Assembly (NCBI GenBank): GCA_012295275.1
Contig: CM022673.1
Coordinates: 24,428,001 to 24,492,000, forward strand
Direction: 5' to 3'
DNA length: 64,000 nucleotides
DNA from: Chrysomallon squamiferum
Lineage: Eukaryota; Animalia; Mollusca
The notes below the pieces were generated by a model, which was not told where the DNA came from, did not search any database, and saw nothing but the letters and a program-made list of their open reading frames with translations. Position numbers and translations under genes: made by a program. Of this stretch, positions 13,069 through 28,741 are shown in pieces. Every line of letters begins with the position of its first letter. The first letter of the stretch is position 1.

Positions 13069-14625
13069 GGGGATTTGTTTTCTCATATTCAGCAGTGAAA
13101 GGTACCGAGATCGCATCCTGATAACAGTGTATACCATAATGTCAGGGTACCCACTGTTCTCTGTAAATACTTTAACACTAACAAATGTACAAGGCAGAAA
13201 TCAGGCTGCTGTAAAGTGCGTGAAAGATTTAATATTTTAAAATATCAGTTATTGAATTAATCCTGTCAAAAATTAGTAAAATATAGAGAACAAAAAGATA
13301 TTTGTTTAAAATATAAAGAATAGAAAAATATTTGTTTAACGTTTTACTCAGTAAAACATTTACAATAATTTAACTCAGTGAGGATTTAAAAGACATTTCA
13401 ATGATAAATAAGAGAAAAAAAGGTATGTTTGTATTATAATGATGATATAAAATGTTTTTTTTATAAAAAAAAAAAAAAAATTATTATTTGGTTATATTAA
13501 TAATTCCACATTATTTTAATTGTCTGCACAAAATATCTAGTATAAAATAACTAGAAATTTAGTTTTTAATATATTTAGTTTTGATTATTGTAAAGAAATA
13601 TTAGCAGCTACAAATTGTTTTTCATATAAGTGATTGCTGGAAAATATTTAGTTCTGATTTTGATAAAATATTCATTTATATTCAGTTCACCAACGTCTGC
13701 TACTATGTTATTAATACTAGTAATATTATTAGTAGTTGTATCAGTAGTAATAGAGATAATATTAACTGTAATAGTAGTTGTAACAGTAGTAATAGTACTG
13801 GTAATAATAGAAGCAGCTCCTGCAATGGTAGTTGCATTATTAATAATAATAGCTGTTGTTGTAGCAGTAGTAGTGTTAGTTTTGTTTTTGTAATTGACAG
13901 TGGTATCTGTAGTAACTGTTTTTTGTTGATGGTGGTGGTTTTGTTTGATGGTAGCACTATATGTTGCGGTTGATCACGGTGATCATGTAGTAGCAGTATT
14001 TATTTATTTTTTTACATTTTTGTGTTTAGTACCAACATCTTAAATTTGTATCTAATCTAAATCAAGGGTAAAATAAATTTCTGTTGTCCAGTCTATCATG
14101 AATGTTTCTTTTACAGACCAACCAACAATAAACAGAGGAAACAATGTTAGCTGTTAATGGCTGACACCGAGTGTATGACATCGAACCACGTTAAAAAGAG
14201 CAGTTTTAGAAATCGAATAAAAACACAGTCATATTTTTATAGTTTTTAAAACCAGTTATGTTCGAAGTTAGAATAATTTAAAATGCCTAGTCTTCCATAC
14301 ACATTCAGTAAAAAAAAAGTCTTTGAAGGAAAGTAAAAAACAAATAAACAAACAAACAAATAAATAAATAAATAAATAATTAAGTGACCGATATAACGAC
14401 AATCATTCTTTATTCTAACTGCAGAAAGACAGGAATAGAAAAAGGACGTAATGTACGTCTAGGAAATCGGACAAGAAGAAGAGAGGAGAGCCTAGCAATC
14501 TTTGAAAGATTTCTTACACGAAAATCATTAATGTTTCTTTACCTTATAGACTGGAAAGATTGATTGTTACCTCAATGTTGTAATATTTATATAACATTGC
14601 TTTATAAAGCTTAAACAATCTGTAG

Positions 14626-15885
14626 CAGACATAGTTCTGGATTTAGATTTTGAATAGACATAGTGCTGGGTTTAGACTTTGAACAGACATAGTTCTGGAT
14701 TTAGATTTTGAATAGACATAGTGCTGGGTTTAGACTTTGAACAGACATAGTGCTGGGTTTAGATTTTGTACAGACATAGTGCTGGGTTTAGACTTTGAAT
14801 AGACATAGTGCTGGGTTTAGATTTTGTACAGACGTAGTGCTGGGTTTAGACTTTGCACAGACATAGTGCTGGGTTTAGACTTTGAACAGACATAGTGCTG
14901 GGTTTAGACTTTGAACAGACGTAGTGCTGGATTTAGAGTTTTTAGAGACATAGTGATGGATTTAGACTTTAAACAGACGTAGTGATGGATTTAGACTTTA
15001 AACAGACGTAGTGATGGATTTAGACTTTGCACAGACATAGTGATGGATTTACACTTTTTAGTGCTGGATTTAGAATTTCTTTGGATTTAGACTTTAAAAA
15101 AGACGTAGTGTTGGAGACTTTAAAAAACGTAGTGTTGGATTTAGACTTTGCACAGAGACTGGGTTTATTGATGGATTTACACTTTGCACAGGCATAGTGC
15201 TGGATTTAGAATTTAAAGAGACGTAGTGTTGGATTTAGACTTTAAAAAGACGTAGTGTTGGATTTAGACTTTAAAAAGACGTAGTGTTGGATTTAGACTT
15301 TAAAAAGACGTAGTGTTGGATTTAGACTTTGCACAGACGTAGTGCTGGATTTAGACTTTGAACAGACATAGTGATGGATTTAGACTTTGCACAGACATAG
15401 TGCTGGATTTAGACTTTAAACAGACGTAGTGTTGGATTTAGACTTTGCACAGACGTAGTGCTGGATTTAGACTTTGCACAGACATAGTGCTGCTGGATTT
15501 ACTTTGCACAGACACAGTGAATTTAAACAGACGTGATGGATTTGCAGTGATGGATTTATAAACGTTGTGATGGATTTAGACTTTGCACAGATGACTGGAT
15601 TTAGATTGTGCTGGATTTAGACTTTGCACAGGCGTAGTGCTGGATTTAGACTTTGAACAGACATAGTGCTGGGTTTAGACATAGTGCTGGATTTAGACTT
15701 TGCACAGGTATACATTTAGAGTGATGGTACAGTTTAGACTTTGCACAGAGTGCTGGATTTAGACTTTGGTATAGTGCTGGATTTAGACTTTGCTCAGGTA
15801 TAGTGCTGGATTTAGACTTTGCTCAGACTTTGCTCATGTATAGTGCTGGATTTAGACTTTGCACAGACATAGTGCTGGGTTTAGA
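14626..15885. repeat. Minisatellite, 29-bp unit AGACATAGTGCTGGATTTAGACTTTGCAC, ~43 copies
   Basis: Direct tandem copies with variant blocks and several scrambled units. There are no unique spacers. Confidence 0.97.
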
Positions 15886-16685
15886 TGACCAAGAATTTCT
15901 GCCTTTCAAAGTAAGGAAATTACTAAATAAAATTTGACCTGTCTTATGAAATATGTTATTAAATACGAACATCCTCGTTTAGTACACGTTCTAGAACTTG
16001 TGTGTCTGTCTTTTATGTGAAAAGGATGCATCAAAATCTTTGGTAGTTTGTAGGCAGGCATAGCCCCCCCCCAAAGATGTCGGGAATTACTGCTCTAAGC
16101 TTTAACAGAGTTTATACTTAAATCTTGCACCAGGTACAAACAACCAGTGAATTAGAAAGTATCAATAGGCGAGAACCAAAGCAATAACTAGAATTAACAC
16201 ATTATATAAGCGCCATAACAGTGACTTGACTTTGACAAGTTATTTTACATTTATTAGCTGGCAACGAGTTCTTTATTGTGGAATGACATAACATTGAGCA
16301 ACAATTTCCATTATAGATTTATAGGAAACTTGTTATTTTCCTTATTAATCAGAGTCGTCGCGTGAATGCTGCTGTGTAAAGATTGCGTAAAAGTCTGCAG
16401 TGATGAGAGTGAGGTGGGAACTGAGAGGGTTTTATATTAACAACAAGCATGCTGTCCTTCCGTCTCTGTTTTCACTCACTGGTCGCTATTTTGCAATTAA
16501 ACTGTAGTAATGTTGTGAAAAGAAAGCAAAGGGGTTTATTTTATTTTATTTTATTTATTTTATTTCTTTTTATTTTTTTTTTTTTTTATTTTTTTTTTTT
16601 TTTTTTTTTATTTTTAAGATTTTTTTGTGTTTTAAGATTACTATTATTATTATTATTATTAGCAGTAGTAGTAGTAGTATCATTA

Positions 16686-16716
<31 letters not shown>

Positions 16717-18434
16717 ATTATTATTATTGTTATTATCATTATTTTATTATTATTATTATTATTATGTTGTTGTTGTTGTTGTTGTTGTTGTTATTATTGT
16801 TATTATTATTATGTTCGAAACTAGGCAGGAATTCTGTAGAATTATAACAATGCTATAATGTTTATGCATCTATTATGCTGTTATTTATTTTATTTTATTT
16901 TTAAATATTACATATCACACTGGATTTCCTCTGACAGGTATGCCAAAAATATTTCAGTGATTTGTAAAAATGTAATGGCGTCTTATTTTTTGATAGTTAT
17001 TATTAATTAATATGTTGCTTCTGTAACACTTATATTATTTCATAGCTCGCTGCTCCTTAGAAATATTTTTATTGTTTTAAATGGTCGGATAAAACTAAGA
17101 GATCCGTTTCTTAAAACTGAAGGAAATAATAACTGGTCATTATTTAACTTCTGGAATTTTCCCCCACACGAATATATTTAAGTTATTCTTTTATTCTTTA
17201 CTAATGTTTATAAAAACGTAGGAAAACAGGGGAAAAAAAATTCTGAGTTAAAACAGAGTTTGTACGCAACAAATAAATTTGATTGACAGAGACAAATTTA
17301 AAGAAATTGACAGACAGATAAACAGACAAATAGAGATATATTTACATCTAGAAACATATATCTGCATACATAATCAGACAGACAGACAGACAGATAGATA
17401 GAAATTTGAGAACAGATGAAAACGGCAATGACAAACAAAGTAAGGAAACGACGTATTTTTTAATAGAAATCAATTTGTCGTTATTTTATTAGGTAATTTA
17501 CATATGAAAAATCATCTTTGGACCTATTTTCTATTCCTAGAATTTGCTTCTCCTTATTAATGTCAAACGTTATTTAACGCCAGAATCGATAAGCCCATGT
17601 AAAATACCAAGACGAAATATGATTTTCTCGAGGCTGGTAAACTTACTCCTGCTGCAGTTCGTTATGACAAAGGGAATCTTGAATAATTCGTTTCTTTTCG
17701 TTCTGCGTGTGACAAAGTTCTTCCGCGAGATTCATTATTTTTCTCAAAACGAAGACCTATTATGTCGACACTTCATTTTATTAGGTCAAAACAAACGAAC
17801 GTTCGGATAACGTATTACGAACTTGTAACTTTTACCGTAAGGTACAATTTCATCTCCTTGTTAAAACATATTTCCAATAATAACACGTTCGTAACAGTAA
17901 TGTATGTATATATAACAGGAATATACATGTTTTATACACGTACATTACATGTATATATTTAATTGTTTTAAGCACATACATGTTCCTGCTGTGACAATTA
18001 AAGAGGTCAGTCTTGAAAGAAGAAGAAAAAAACATCGATCATTTGGAATTAAGCTTTAAAAAAAAAAGAGTATTTTTGACACTATCGATGTTTTCGACCA
18101 ACTTGGAAAATTATACTTTCGCTGAGGAGATTGATGGTTCAGTTAATATGCGTCATGAAAGGAAGAGGGAAGAGAAAGAGGAGATGAAGCGAAGATCAAT
18201 CAACGGTGAAGTGAAAACTTATGATTTTTCCAATGACTAACATAAACCATCACCGATCTGGAACTTTTAACATAAATATTGTTTATTAGTTTAGTGGTTT
18301 AATTTGCACATGAGTAATTAACTAAGTAAATAATATATGATGAAAAAAAACCCCACAAAAAAAAACAAACTTTATCGACAAAAGAATTCTGTGGTGAGCA
18401 TTGCCATAAAGTTACAATAAGGATTAAAATGTTA

Positions 18435-18469
<35 letters not shown>

Positions 18470-18782
18470 CAATTAAACAATAACAATAATAATAATTAAA
18501 AAAAACACCCCTAAAGTATTTCATTTCAAATTAAAGACTATTATAATTAAAACACACAAACGTATTCACACATACATGCACTTTTGTATGTGTGTTCGTG
18601 TGTGAAAGCGCGTATCTTTTTTTTTTTTTTTTTTTGGTCTGTTTCGTTAGAGCCTATGTACTACAGTTTCTTTATTACCAAATAAGAAAATACATATTTG
18701 TAGTAGGTGTTCGTCTGTCTGTGTGTGTGTGTGTGTGTTTGTGGCGACAAAATACGTTAGAAATATTTATCTGTTACTCCAT

Positions 18783-18888
<106 letters not shown>

Positions 18889-20334
18889 TTAAGTAATGAA
18901 AGAAGGACAGATTTTACGTAAATATTCTAGAAAGAAGTAAACGTATTTTACGAGCACTAATCTGAAGTAGCTGTTTGCTTACTGAACAGAGTTTGTGTAA
19001 TTATCAGTTTTATCAGCAGACAAACATTATGTAAACCAAACTCCGCGTCTCTCGCTCGGTTTCCATTACCTACCGCCGACATTTCATACGTCTTCATAAC
19101 ACGCTCATTTTGTATGAAGACATTGATATTTTAAATATTTTATGAACAATTAGCTCGGTTGCCAATAGAGATCAGGAGACGATGAATCACAAAGACTTTT
19201 CAATTAACCTTCAGAAATCGAATTCTCCTCTCACTAAGAGGACTGTCTCGCGTTCTGTGCTAAAAATCATGGAAATAGCACCACTAAATAATTTTTACTG
19301 ATTATTTTATGTATTTTAAACTCAACTTTGTCGCATAAGCTTAACCCCACCGTTACAAGAGAAAGCGTAAAAAAATTAAGCTCCTGTTCTTGACCTGGCC
19401 TAAAAGGAGACAGAAGAGCTGGAACCTGAATTGGATATCGACGCTAAAAACGTCGACTAAAATTTAAAATAATTAAATGTTCTGTTATGTTAATTCGGTT
19501 TAAATCTTTCATGGAATAAGAATATTCATTACATCAAAGTGTGTGTGTATCTCTTTAGAATAAGAAAATATCAGTTAAATCACAGATACGTTATTCTTCT
19601 TGTCCAAACTTTAAGAATTTCATTTTATATCCATACTACAGAAATCTCTGAAAATAATAGTAATAAATAAATAAATATATATATGCACACACGCACACGC
19701 ACACACGCACACACACACACATATACATGTTTTTATTATTTTTGAAAACGGACATGAATATATAACTTACTATTATTAGTATTAATATCAGTAGTAATAT
19801 AGCAGAAGTGGTAATCGTCGTATTATTATCATTATTGTTGTTGTTGTTGTTGTTACTGCTACTGCTACTGCTATTGCTGCTGTTATTTTAATTTCTCAGA
19901 TATTTTAATTTTTTAATGAATGTTTTTTTTAAGATTGTAATTAATACTGAGTGATATTTTTAACGATTGTAAAGTTCGTACAAGTCAGATACTCTATGTG
20001 TAACATCAAACATTTATAACGTGAAGCTCAGTATAGAAAATACTTTTACCTGGTGTGCAAGGGTCACACATGAATACGAGGCTGCTCAGTTCAAATATGG
20101 AAGAACAGACTGAAAGCATCATGAAGGCCAGTGTTGTGTGTAGTAATATTAAATAGTAATTCTTGTATTAGAGTATTACATGGTTTTTTAATAGTTTTTT
20201 AAATTAATATTTATAAAGGCAACAGTAAAAGTATTAATTTTATTAGGCTGGAGCCATTTTGTTCACATCGTTTATTCATAGACTGCTGCAGCACCGGTTT
20301 TATTGTTGTTGCATATACATGATCACTAGTAGGT

Positions 20335-20552
20335 TAGTTATGTGTACAACTAGCAAACCAGTTATTTATCTTTAGTTATGTGTACAACTAGCAAACCAGT
20401 TATTTATCTAACTTAGTATAGTTATATGTGCAACTAGCAAATCAGTTATTTGTCTAACTTAGTATAGTTATGTGTACAACTAGCAAACCAGTTATTTGTC
20501 TAACTTAGTTTAGTTATATGTGCAACTAGCAAACCAGTTATTTGTCTAACTT
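20335..20552. repeat. Minisatellite, ~46-bp unit TAGTTATGTGTACAACTAGCAAACCAGTTATTTGTCTAACTTAGTA, ~5 copies
   Basis: Direct tandem copies. Confidence 0.93.
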
Positions 20553-20723
20553 ATCTGTATTACGCTTGAGTAAATGGAGGTTATAAATATACATTCATAC
20601 ACACAACACAGACACATGCATGCATATATACACACAAATACATACATGCACACACATATATACATATACACAAACATACACACATATCTATCTATCTACC
20701 TATCTATTTATCTATCTATCTAC

Positions 20724-20779
<56 letters not shown>

Positions 20780-21602
20780 ATATATATATATATATATACA
20801 GACACATATACACACACACATGACACACACACCTATATACGTACGTAGACTCTATCTGCGCGAATACATACACGGTCAGTAACAACCAATACGGATATCT
20901 CACATATAAATAACATTCATAAACACACTTGCATACAAGAAAATGGGTGCAGTTTATTGCAATTTTGTGCCATTTATATATATATATGTTGTTGATGTTG
21001 CGGTCGTCGTTGTCATCATAATTAGTGTGACGTTATTCTGTGTCAATAATTCACAGCAACACTTTGTCAAGCTCTGGTAATGAAGCTGGAAGGTTGTGTG
21101 TTTCGTTTAGTGCATTTGCTGGCCACGTGTCTTCACAAACATTGCTTTACAAGAACAAGACTATCAAGTAGCATGACATACGTTACGTGCACGATGAATT
21201 TTTGATGCCGTTATTTTGCTATCATCTTCAAACGACGCGTCTAGCATTTATTTCAAATGACTTGTGATTAATACTGCAGATTGAAATACTTCTTAATATG
21301 TCAGATTTAATATGGATAATTATTCGTTTCACCCCTGATGGTATAGTTAATACCTCGTGTCAAATGTTATATTCCTTGTATCTATTTTTGAAATATATCT
21401 TTACAAATAGATCAGAAAAACCAAAACAAATTTTGAGGAAATGTTTATTTTTCTTTTAATTTTTTTTTTTTTTTTTTTTTTTGATGTTTGAATATTTATT
21501 AGTGACGTCTTCAATGCATTGCTTTGTTATCTTGAGTATAACCATTCTTATCATCATTACTAGCTTGATGTCCATTACATGTCATGATCATTATCAGTGT
21601 TT

Positions 21603-22458
21603 TAATTACATAGTCACTATCAACATTATCGTTGTATTAATTACAGTCACTATCAACATTATCATTGTATTAATTATACAGTTACTATGAACATTATCAT
21701 TGTCTTAATTACAGTCACTATCAACATTATCATTGTATTAATTACACAGTCACTATCAACATTATCATTGTATTAATTATACAGTCACTATCAACATTAT
21801 CATTGTATTAATTATACAGTCACTATCAACATTATCATTGTATTAATTATACAGTTACTATCAAAATTCATTGTCTTACAGTCACTATCAACATTATCAT
21901 TGTATTAATTATACAGTCACTATCAACATTATCATTGTCTTAATTACAGTCACTATCAACATTATCATTGTATTAATTACACAGTCACTATCAACATTAT
22001 CATTGTATTAATTATACCGTCACTATCAACATTATCATGGTATTAATTATACAGTCACTATCAACATTATCATTGTCTTAATTACACAGTCACTATCAAC
22101 ATTATCATTGTCTTAATTACAGTCACTATCAACATTATCATTGTCTTAATTACAGTCACTATCAACATTATCATTGTCTTAATTACACATCACTATCAAC
22201 ATTATTTTTGTCTTAATTACAGTCACTATCAACATTATCATTGTCTTAATTACACAGTCACTATCAACATTATCATTGTCTGAATTACACAGTCACTATC
22301 AACATTATCATTGTCTTAATTACACAGTCACTATCAACATTATCATTGTCTTAATTACAGTCACTATCAACATTATCATTGTCTTAATTACAGTCACTAT
22401 CAACATTATCATTGTCTCAATTACACAGTCACTATCAACATTATCAGTATCTTAATTA
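21603..22458. repeat. Minisatellite, 33/35-bp unit CAGTCACTATCAACATTATCATTGT(A/C)TTAATTA(TA/CA), ~25 copies
   Basis: Direct tandem copies. The variant shifts from TGTATT to TGTCTT along the array. Confidence 0.97.
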
Positions 22459-24138
22459 TTAGTAACTGTTAATATAATTATTAGTTTAATCACATAAACT
22501 AATGCGAACATAATCGTCATAATCTTTACCATAAACAATCATCTTCGTTATCATCATCATCGTCGTCATAATTAGTACCATTACAAATTTTTTATAGTCA
22601 CTATCATCCTCATCCTCATCATCATTATCATCGTCATCATTATCACAAGTCCTAAAATGGGAGTTCTTGTGACTAGAAAAAAACAACAGATGTTTGATAT
22701 AACAGACTTCATTAACACTTCTACTGACAAGTCTAAAAAAAATGTATAATTCATTGCAGTCAATAATATGGCTTCTTTCACAAGACATTCGCATTATTAT
22801 TATTTCAATATAGATTTTGTTGTTTTATCCCTTTCAGAACAAACATACAAATTACGTGATGTCTGCTTTGCAGATTTAATAATTTGTAATAACAAATAAT
22901 TACTTGCTGTTGTACATTTTATTTCTAGCTGATTTTTGTTATTAAAAAAAAAAAAAAAAAAAAAAAATTAAATTTTCTATTGAAAAATAAACAGACAGTA
23001 ACAAAAATCCATGAAGTTGGAGAAATAAAAAAATATATAAAACCCCACAAAAGATAGGAATTAAGATAAAGCTGTCATAAAAAAAAAAAAAAAAAAAAAA
23101 GCAGAGGACATGATCAATGAATGCTAAGAAGACAAAGTTTTCTGCGGGATCAAACTTTCTTAAATCTTAAATCACAGTCTCACGCGGTTTTTAAGGCTAT
23201 TTACTGGAAAACAAAGTGACTTTAAAAACATCGTCACGTTTTTTTGTTTGTATCGAGCTGGTTGAACACGTCGTTATCCAGGAATAGCAAACATCGCCAC
23301 TTTGATCTCTCGATAAACGGCAATTAAGTAACATCTGAAACTGAAGTTCGAATCGATTCATCACATCTCAGTCCGATGGCTTTTGTGTCCTGTTTACCTA
23401 AAAATGATAGTGACACGGGCCAGGTAGCAGGTGAATGGGAATGGTTATGAAATGTGTGGTGTTTTTTTGCGATCAATTCAAGTCGTTTGATTCACCTGGA
23501 GGCTCGGGGAGGTGTTATAATGACCTGTCAGTCTTCGAGTTCTGTTTTAAGCCTTGTGCTACAAGCAGAAAGTAACCGTGATGGCAACGGGTGATTTTTA
23601 ATTTTTTTAAATATTTTGCTTTTTTTCATTTTGTGCTGTACTCTTTTCTCTGTGACATTTTTTTGTTGTTAAGTTGACTGCACCGAAGTTACACTTTTAT
23701 TTTTAGCTGTTTTGTTTTGTGCAGGGTTTTCGAGACCATAAAACATATGTGAGCAAGATTGAGTACGCTATTTCTGAAATATCTACGAGTGTTATTGATC
23801 AAAGAATACAGAATAAGAAAGTGGAGGAATCTATATTTCTCATACATACATATAATCATTGCTGAGTGTTATAACTACGTTATAATATACATTATATACT
23901 GCTATCATTGACTTTAGTGTTAAGATGATTAGATGAATTTCTCTATTCTCTGTCACAGACCAAATATAGATTTCTTTGACGGATCCTAATTCACTTCGAT
24001 AATGTATTTGTTATTTACATATATATATATATAATTTAATAATAGTGATGTACATTTTACATAATTGTATTAGTCCAATAGTTCTAATAATTTGATATTA
24101 CGTTTGAAATAAATTTAATAAAATCATATTAAATTAAA

Positions 24139-24207
<69 letters not shown>

Positions 24208-25069
24208 TTCACTTTTATTCAAAATAAGAATTAACATTAATATTATACATTATGTAAACATTTTTGTTCATTTTACGTATACAGAAATTAATTGCTCTGA
24301 AAAAACCAGTTAAAGAAACACAACATAGCTACTATGATAGCACCTAAACACGAAGTTAAAAAACGTTAAACGTGTTAAAAAGAACCATAAAGCTTAATAT
24401 ATATATAAAGCCTTATTATGAATAAAGAAATAAAGAAATAAACAAACTAACAAATATAATAATGATGATGATGATGGTGAGTATGCTGATGATGATGATG
24501 ATGATGATGATAATAAGAAGAAGACTAAAACACAGCTAAAGTATCTTATTTCGCTGTAGAAGATGAAAATCAATTTTTCAACTTTCGTCTACTGATTTTT
24601 TGTTTTTGTGGTTGGCTTGTATATTTATTTATATTTTTATTATTATTTTTTGTTTAATTATTTATTTATTTATTTATTTATTTATATATTTATTTATTTA
24701 ATTGTGTGTTTATTTATTAAAATTATGTGAAACTGAAATCTCTGTGTTAGAGAGAAAGCACTGTGCCAAAGATAATTCGTATAAAAACAAAATTCATGAT
24801 ATTTTTGGAATAGTTATTTATTCATTCCTTTATTAATTCCTTATTATTTACTTCTGATAAGTATAATCAACTTCATCTTTTCTAAAACAAAATACTGGGC
24901 TACAGAGGACAGAGACGAAATCTACTGGGTTACGTGATATGTGCGAAAATAAATGAATCTATGTTTTATTATTATTAGACGACAAGACGGAAGAAAAAAA
25001 AACCAAGAATGTGAGAACAACAAATCATCAGCTACTGATAGAACAAAACATCGGCAACTAGCTGGATAT

Positions 25070-25199
25070 CAAAATCGGGAAAGTCCGGAGAACAAAATCG
25101 GGAATGTCCGGAGATCAGAATCGGGAATGTCCGGAGAACAAAATCGGGAGTGTCCGGAGAACAAAATCGGGAGTGTCCGGAGAACAAAATCGGGAATGT
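25070..25199. repeat. Minisatellite, 23-bp unit GTCCGGAGAACAAAATCGGGA(A/G)T, ~5.5 copies
   Basis: Direct tandem copies. This explains the repetitive ORF 24953..25210. Confidence 0.92.
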
Positions 25200-25404
25200 T
25201 CGACGATTGACTTCAGAACAAAATGGTTGATTGACTGGAGAACTACGTAAATTACAGACTAAGCAACGTCATTAGTGTATAATGTTTTTTGTTGGGTATT
25301 TAATGTTATTTTATTTAAATAAATAAATAAATAAATAAATAAAATACATAAATAAAATAAAATAAAATGACTTCCAAAATAAAAGATGGTGTGATTAATC
25401 GGAC

Positions 25405-25450
<46 letters not shown>

Positions 25451-26674
25451 CAATAAATAAATAAATAAATAAATACATAAATAATAACTAAATAAAAAAT
25501 AAAAAAGGAAACAAAAGCTGACGTCTACATCACTAGACCAGTATTTTCCAGTCTCCCTTCGTGTCTGGTTATTTCTGACAAAGTCGTAACACATTTTTAG
25601 TAGCCAGAGTTTCGGGTTACCAGCCCCTGGTGTTATAGTTCGGATAAATATGAACTGAGCGCTCATGAACAGCGAGAATCAGATTGGAAACAACACAGCC
25701 TGGATTCTTTTCTTTTTATCTTCATCACTCGTGTTTAATTGGAAAACAAACTGGATACCGCTTCGTAAATTAAAAAGCTTTGGACGACTGTTGCATTTGT
25801 CTCAGCGTCAGAACTAAAAACAACACAACAGAAATATGGAACCTTTCAAGGAAGAAGAATCAAACGACGAGAAAGCAAAGAAACGTCACTTGCGTGTATA
25901 ATATTTCACTGTTGGCGTCAGATTACTGAAAAATGTTAGAGAACTGAAAGAAAATGTTATTTATTTCACTGTATTTTACAGAGCCTAGTTGGTTATTTAT
26001 TCTTACGTATAATCAGGTTTAGACAATTCTTCATTTCTCGCGTTATTTTTCTTCCTACTTTTCTTCGTTATCATAACTGCTAAACTATTACTATTTCTAT
26101 TTCTACTACTACTACCATTACTACTACTACTACTACTTGTACTATTTTTAATATTATTTTATTATTATTGTTATTGTTTTTAAAATATTCTTCGCACTGA
26201 AGTAATAATTACATACTCAAAAACCGAACAAGACCACTTACAATACATACTTAACTTCTATTTTAAGCGGTTCAAAAGACCGTGAAGTTCAGGACGGTTT
26301 TATTTTTAATTTTATTTATATTTTTATTTTTCCCTCTCACAATACGGACTCCATATTTAGACACGGCTTCGACTAAAACCTTTTTTTTTTCCTATCCAAC
26401 AATAAATAAATGCATGGATCAATTAACACGCATCAACTGTTATCCTGCTAGGCTGAAAACCACGAATTATTGGATTCTTCAAGCACTTTCACGTTTATAT
26501 GTCTTGGTCAATATTACCCCCTGCTACTTGTTTATTTCAGAAACATGGGAATTGCTTGTTTGAATGTTCGTCAACAGTTGCTGCTGACCATAAAAAAAAA
26601 TATCAGAATGGAAACTTGAGAAACAACAGGAAACGTGGGTTTTGACCAGGGCTTCTTAAATCGACATATTCATT

Positions 26675-26677
<3 letters not shown>

Positions 26678-26766
<89 letters not shown>
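26678..26766. repeat. (CT)n microsatellite
   Basis: Pure dinucleotide run. Confidence 0.95.
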
Positions 26767-26770
<4 letters not shown>

Positions 26771-27014
26771 AGAATTATTTGTCGCGACAGTGTTTTGCGT
26801 GAAATGATCTCAACCTTAGATGTACATCGTATAATAAAAATAACATACAATATATAAATAATGTGTGTGTGTGTGTGTGTATGTGTGTGTGTGTGTGTGA
26901 AGAAAAACGAAAAATTGGTAGAAGCATGTACATAAACAACCAATGTAAAAATAATATAATAAATATATTTAATGACAAAAAAGAAGAGCAATAATAATAA
27001 TAATAATAATAACA

Positions 27015-27046
<32 letters not shown>

Positions 27047-27671
27047 AATGATATATTAAAAAAAATATTACGGAAATCTAATTTCCGCAATATAAGTTCA
27101 ACTAAAATCTGTTTTCTTTCTCTCTATGATGAGATGGTTTCGTACATTTTTCTAGTTCATTCTCTGAAATGTATCTCATTATAAAGTCTCAAACGAAAAC
27201 AGAAATAGCCAGTCTTAGATCAAATAGTGCATTCTGACCTATCTTTCTTGAAGACATAGAAACAATTTGCTAGGAATAGTATATGTAATATACGACTGAT
27301 AGTATATACGATTGATCTGAGTCTTACTGATAATTACTGATTCAGCCATGGCTTATCCAGTTCTTCATTTTAATATGTTTTATTTTGCTGATTTTAATAT
27401 GTTTTATTTTGCTGATTTTCCAAATTTTCCGAAAAATTAAATTTTATAGCAGTCTCTACCGTTTTATTATTGTTGTTGTTGTTGTTGTTTCGTTGATGTT
27501 ATAATCGTCACTGGCATCATCATTATTATTATTTTTACTTTTATTACTTTATTATTATTCTTGTTATTATTATTTTATTGTTTTTGTTATTATTATTATT
27601 GTTATTGTTATTATTATTATTTTATCATATTCTTGTTATTATTATTGTTGTTATTATTATTATTGTTGTTG

Positions 27672-27745
<74 letters not shown>

Positions 27746-28741
27746 GTTTTGTAATAGTTCAGATTGACGATTATTATTATTATTATTATTATTATTGTTG
27801 TTGTTGTTGTTGTTATTATTATTATTATTATTATTATTGTTTTGTAATTGTTCAGACTGATGACTACGACTGCGACTACTACGACGACGACGACAATGAT
27901 GATGATGACGATGATGATGATGATGATGATGATGATTACGTTGTCTTTGGCAACAGCGACTGGTTCGCCCGTAAGTCAAAGCGTTGATTCAGAGTTCGTG
28001 CTGCGCGGCCAGACCTTTTGTTTCGCTGGGAGAAAACAATTACTGACGTGACCGGCATCATTTAGCGAACGTCACAGGAAAGTTAATAACGTCTCAAAGA
28101 CACGAGCTCGGTGATCTGCACTCGTCGTTTGTTTCCAGCATTACCCAATCCATCTGGCTTCGTAACAGCAGCTCGTTTGACGAAAAACAAGACAAACGCA
28201 GCTGCTGATGGATTCTCTGGATCTCGTTGTGCGTGTACGTTGTAGCAAGAAGATTGTTTTCTTCAGTGGTTAGAGTACAGCTCGACTCGGACACGACATG
28301 TTGCAGGATCGACCCTCCCCAGTGCCCTTTATCGACTGTGTGTAAACGTAGTTAGCAGCTTGGTCAATGGTTGTTAGTTGCAGTCGCAGATTCGGTCCAT
28401 GTTATCAGCTGTTTAGGCAGTCAGAACAAGAATTATCGTTTCTCATGATGTACAATCATTTGATTATAAAAAAATATTTTTTTCTTCTTACATCATAATC
28501 GTTCAAAAATCAGTAGTTTGACACATAAAAGTTGTTAATAATTAAAATATGTTTGTGTCACTGAGCGAATATTCATCTATTTATATCTTTTTTTTTTGCA
28601 GTTTTATATTTCTTCAGAAATATTAAACGGAATTTATTAAAATTTATTTCATTATAAAATAATGATAATAACGTTACAACAGCTTAAACAACAACAATAA
28701 AGTCAAAAAACTGTTATCAAATTAAAAAAATATAATTAAAT

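Noticed and set aside
16398-16482. G-U-rich fold-back CAGTGA...TCACTG
   Set aside because: The loop is ~37 nt, and the pairing mostly reflects purine-rich versus pyrimidine-rich composition.
23340-23360. GTTCGAATC tRNA B-box-like word
   Set aside because: There is no T-stem, A-box or cloverleaf around it.
24953-25210. 85-aa ORF with repeated ENKIG motifs
   Set aside because: It is produced by the 23-bp minisatellite cycling through frames.
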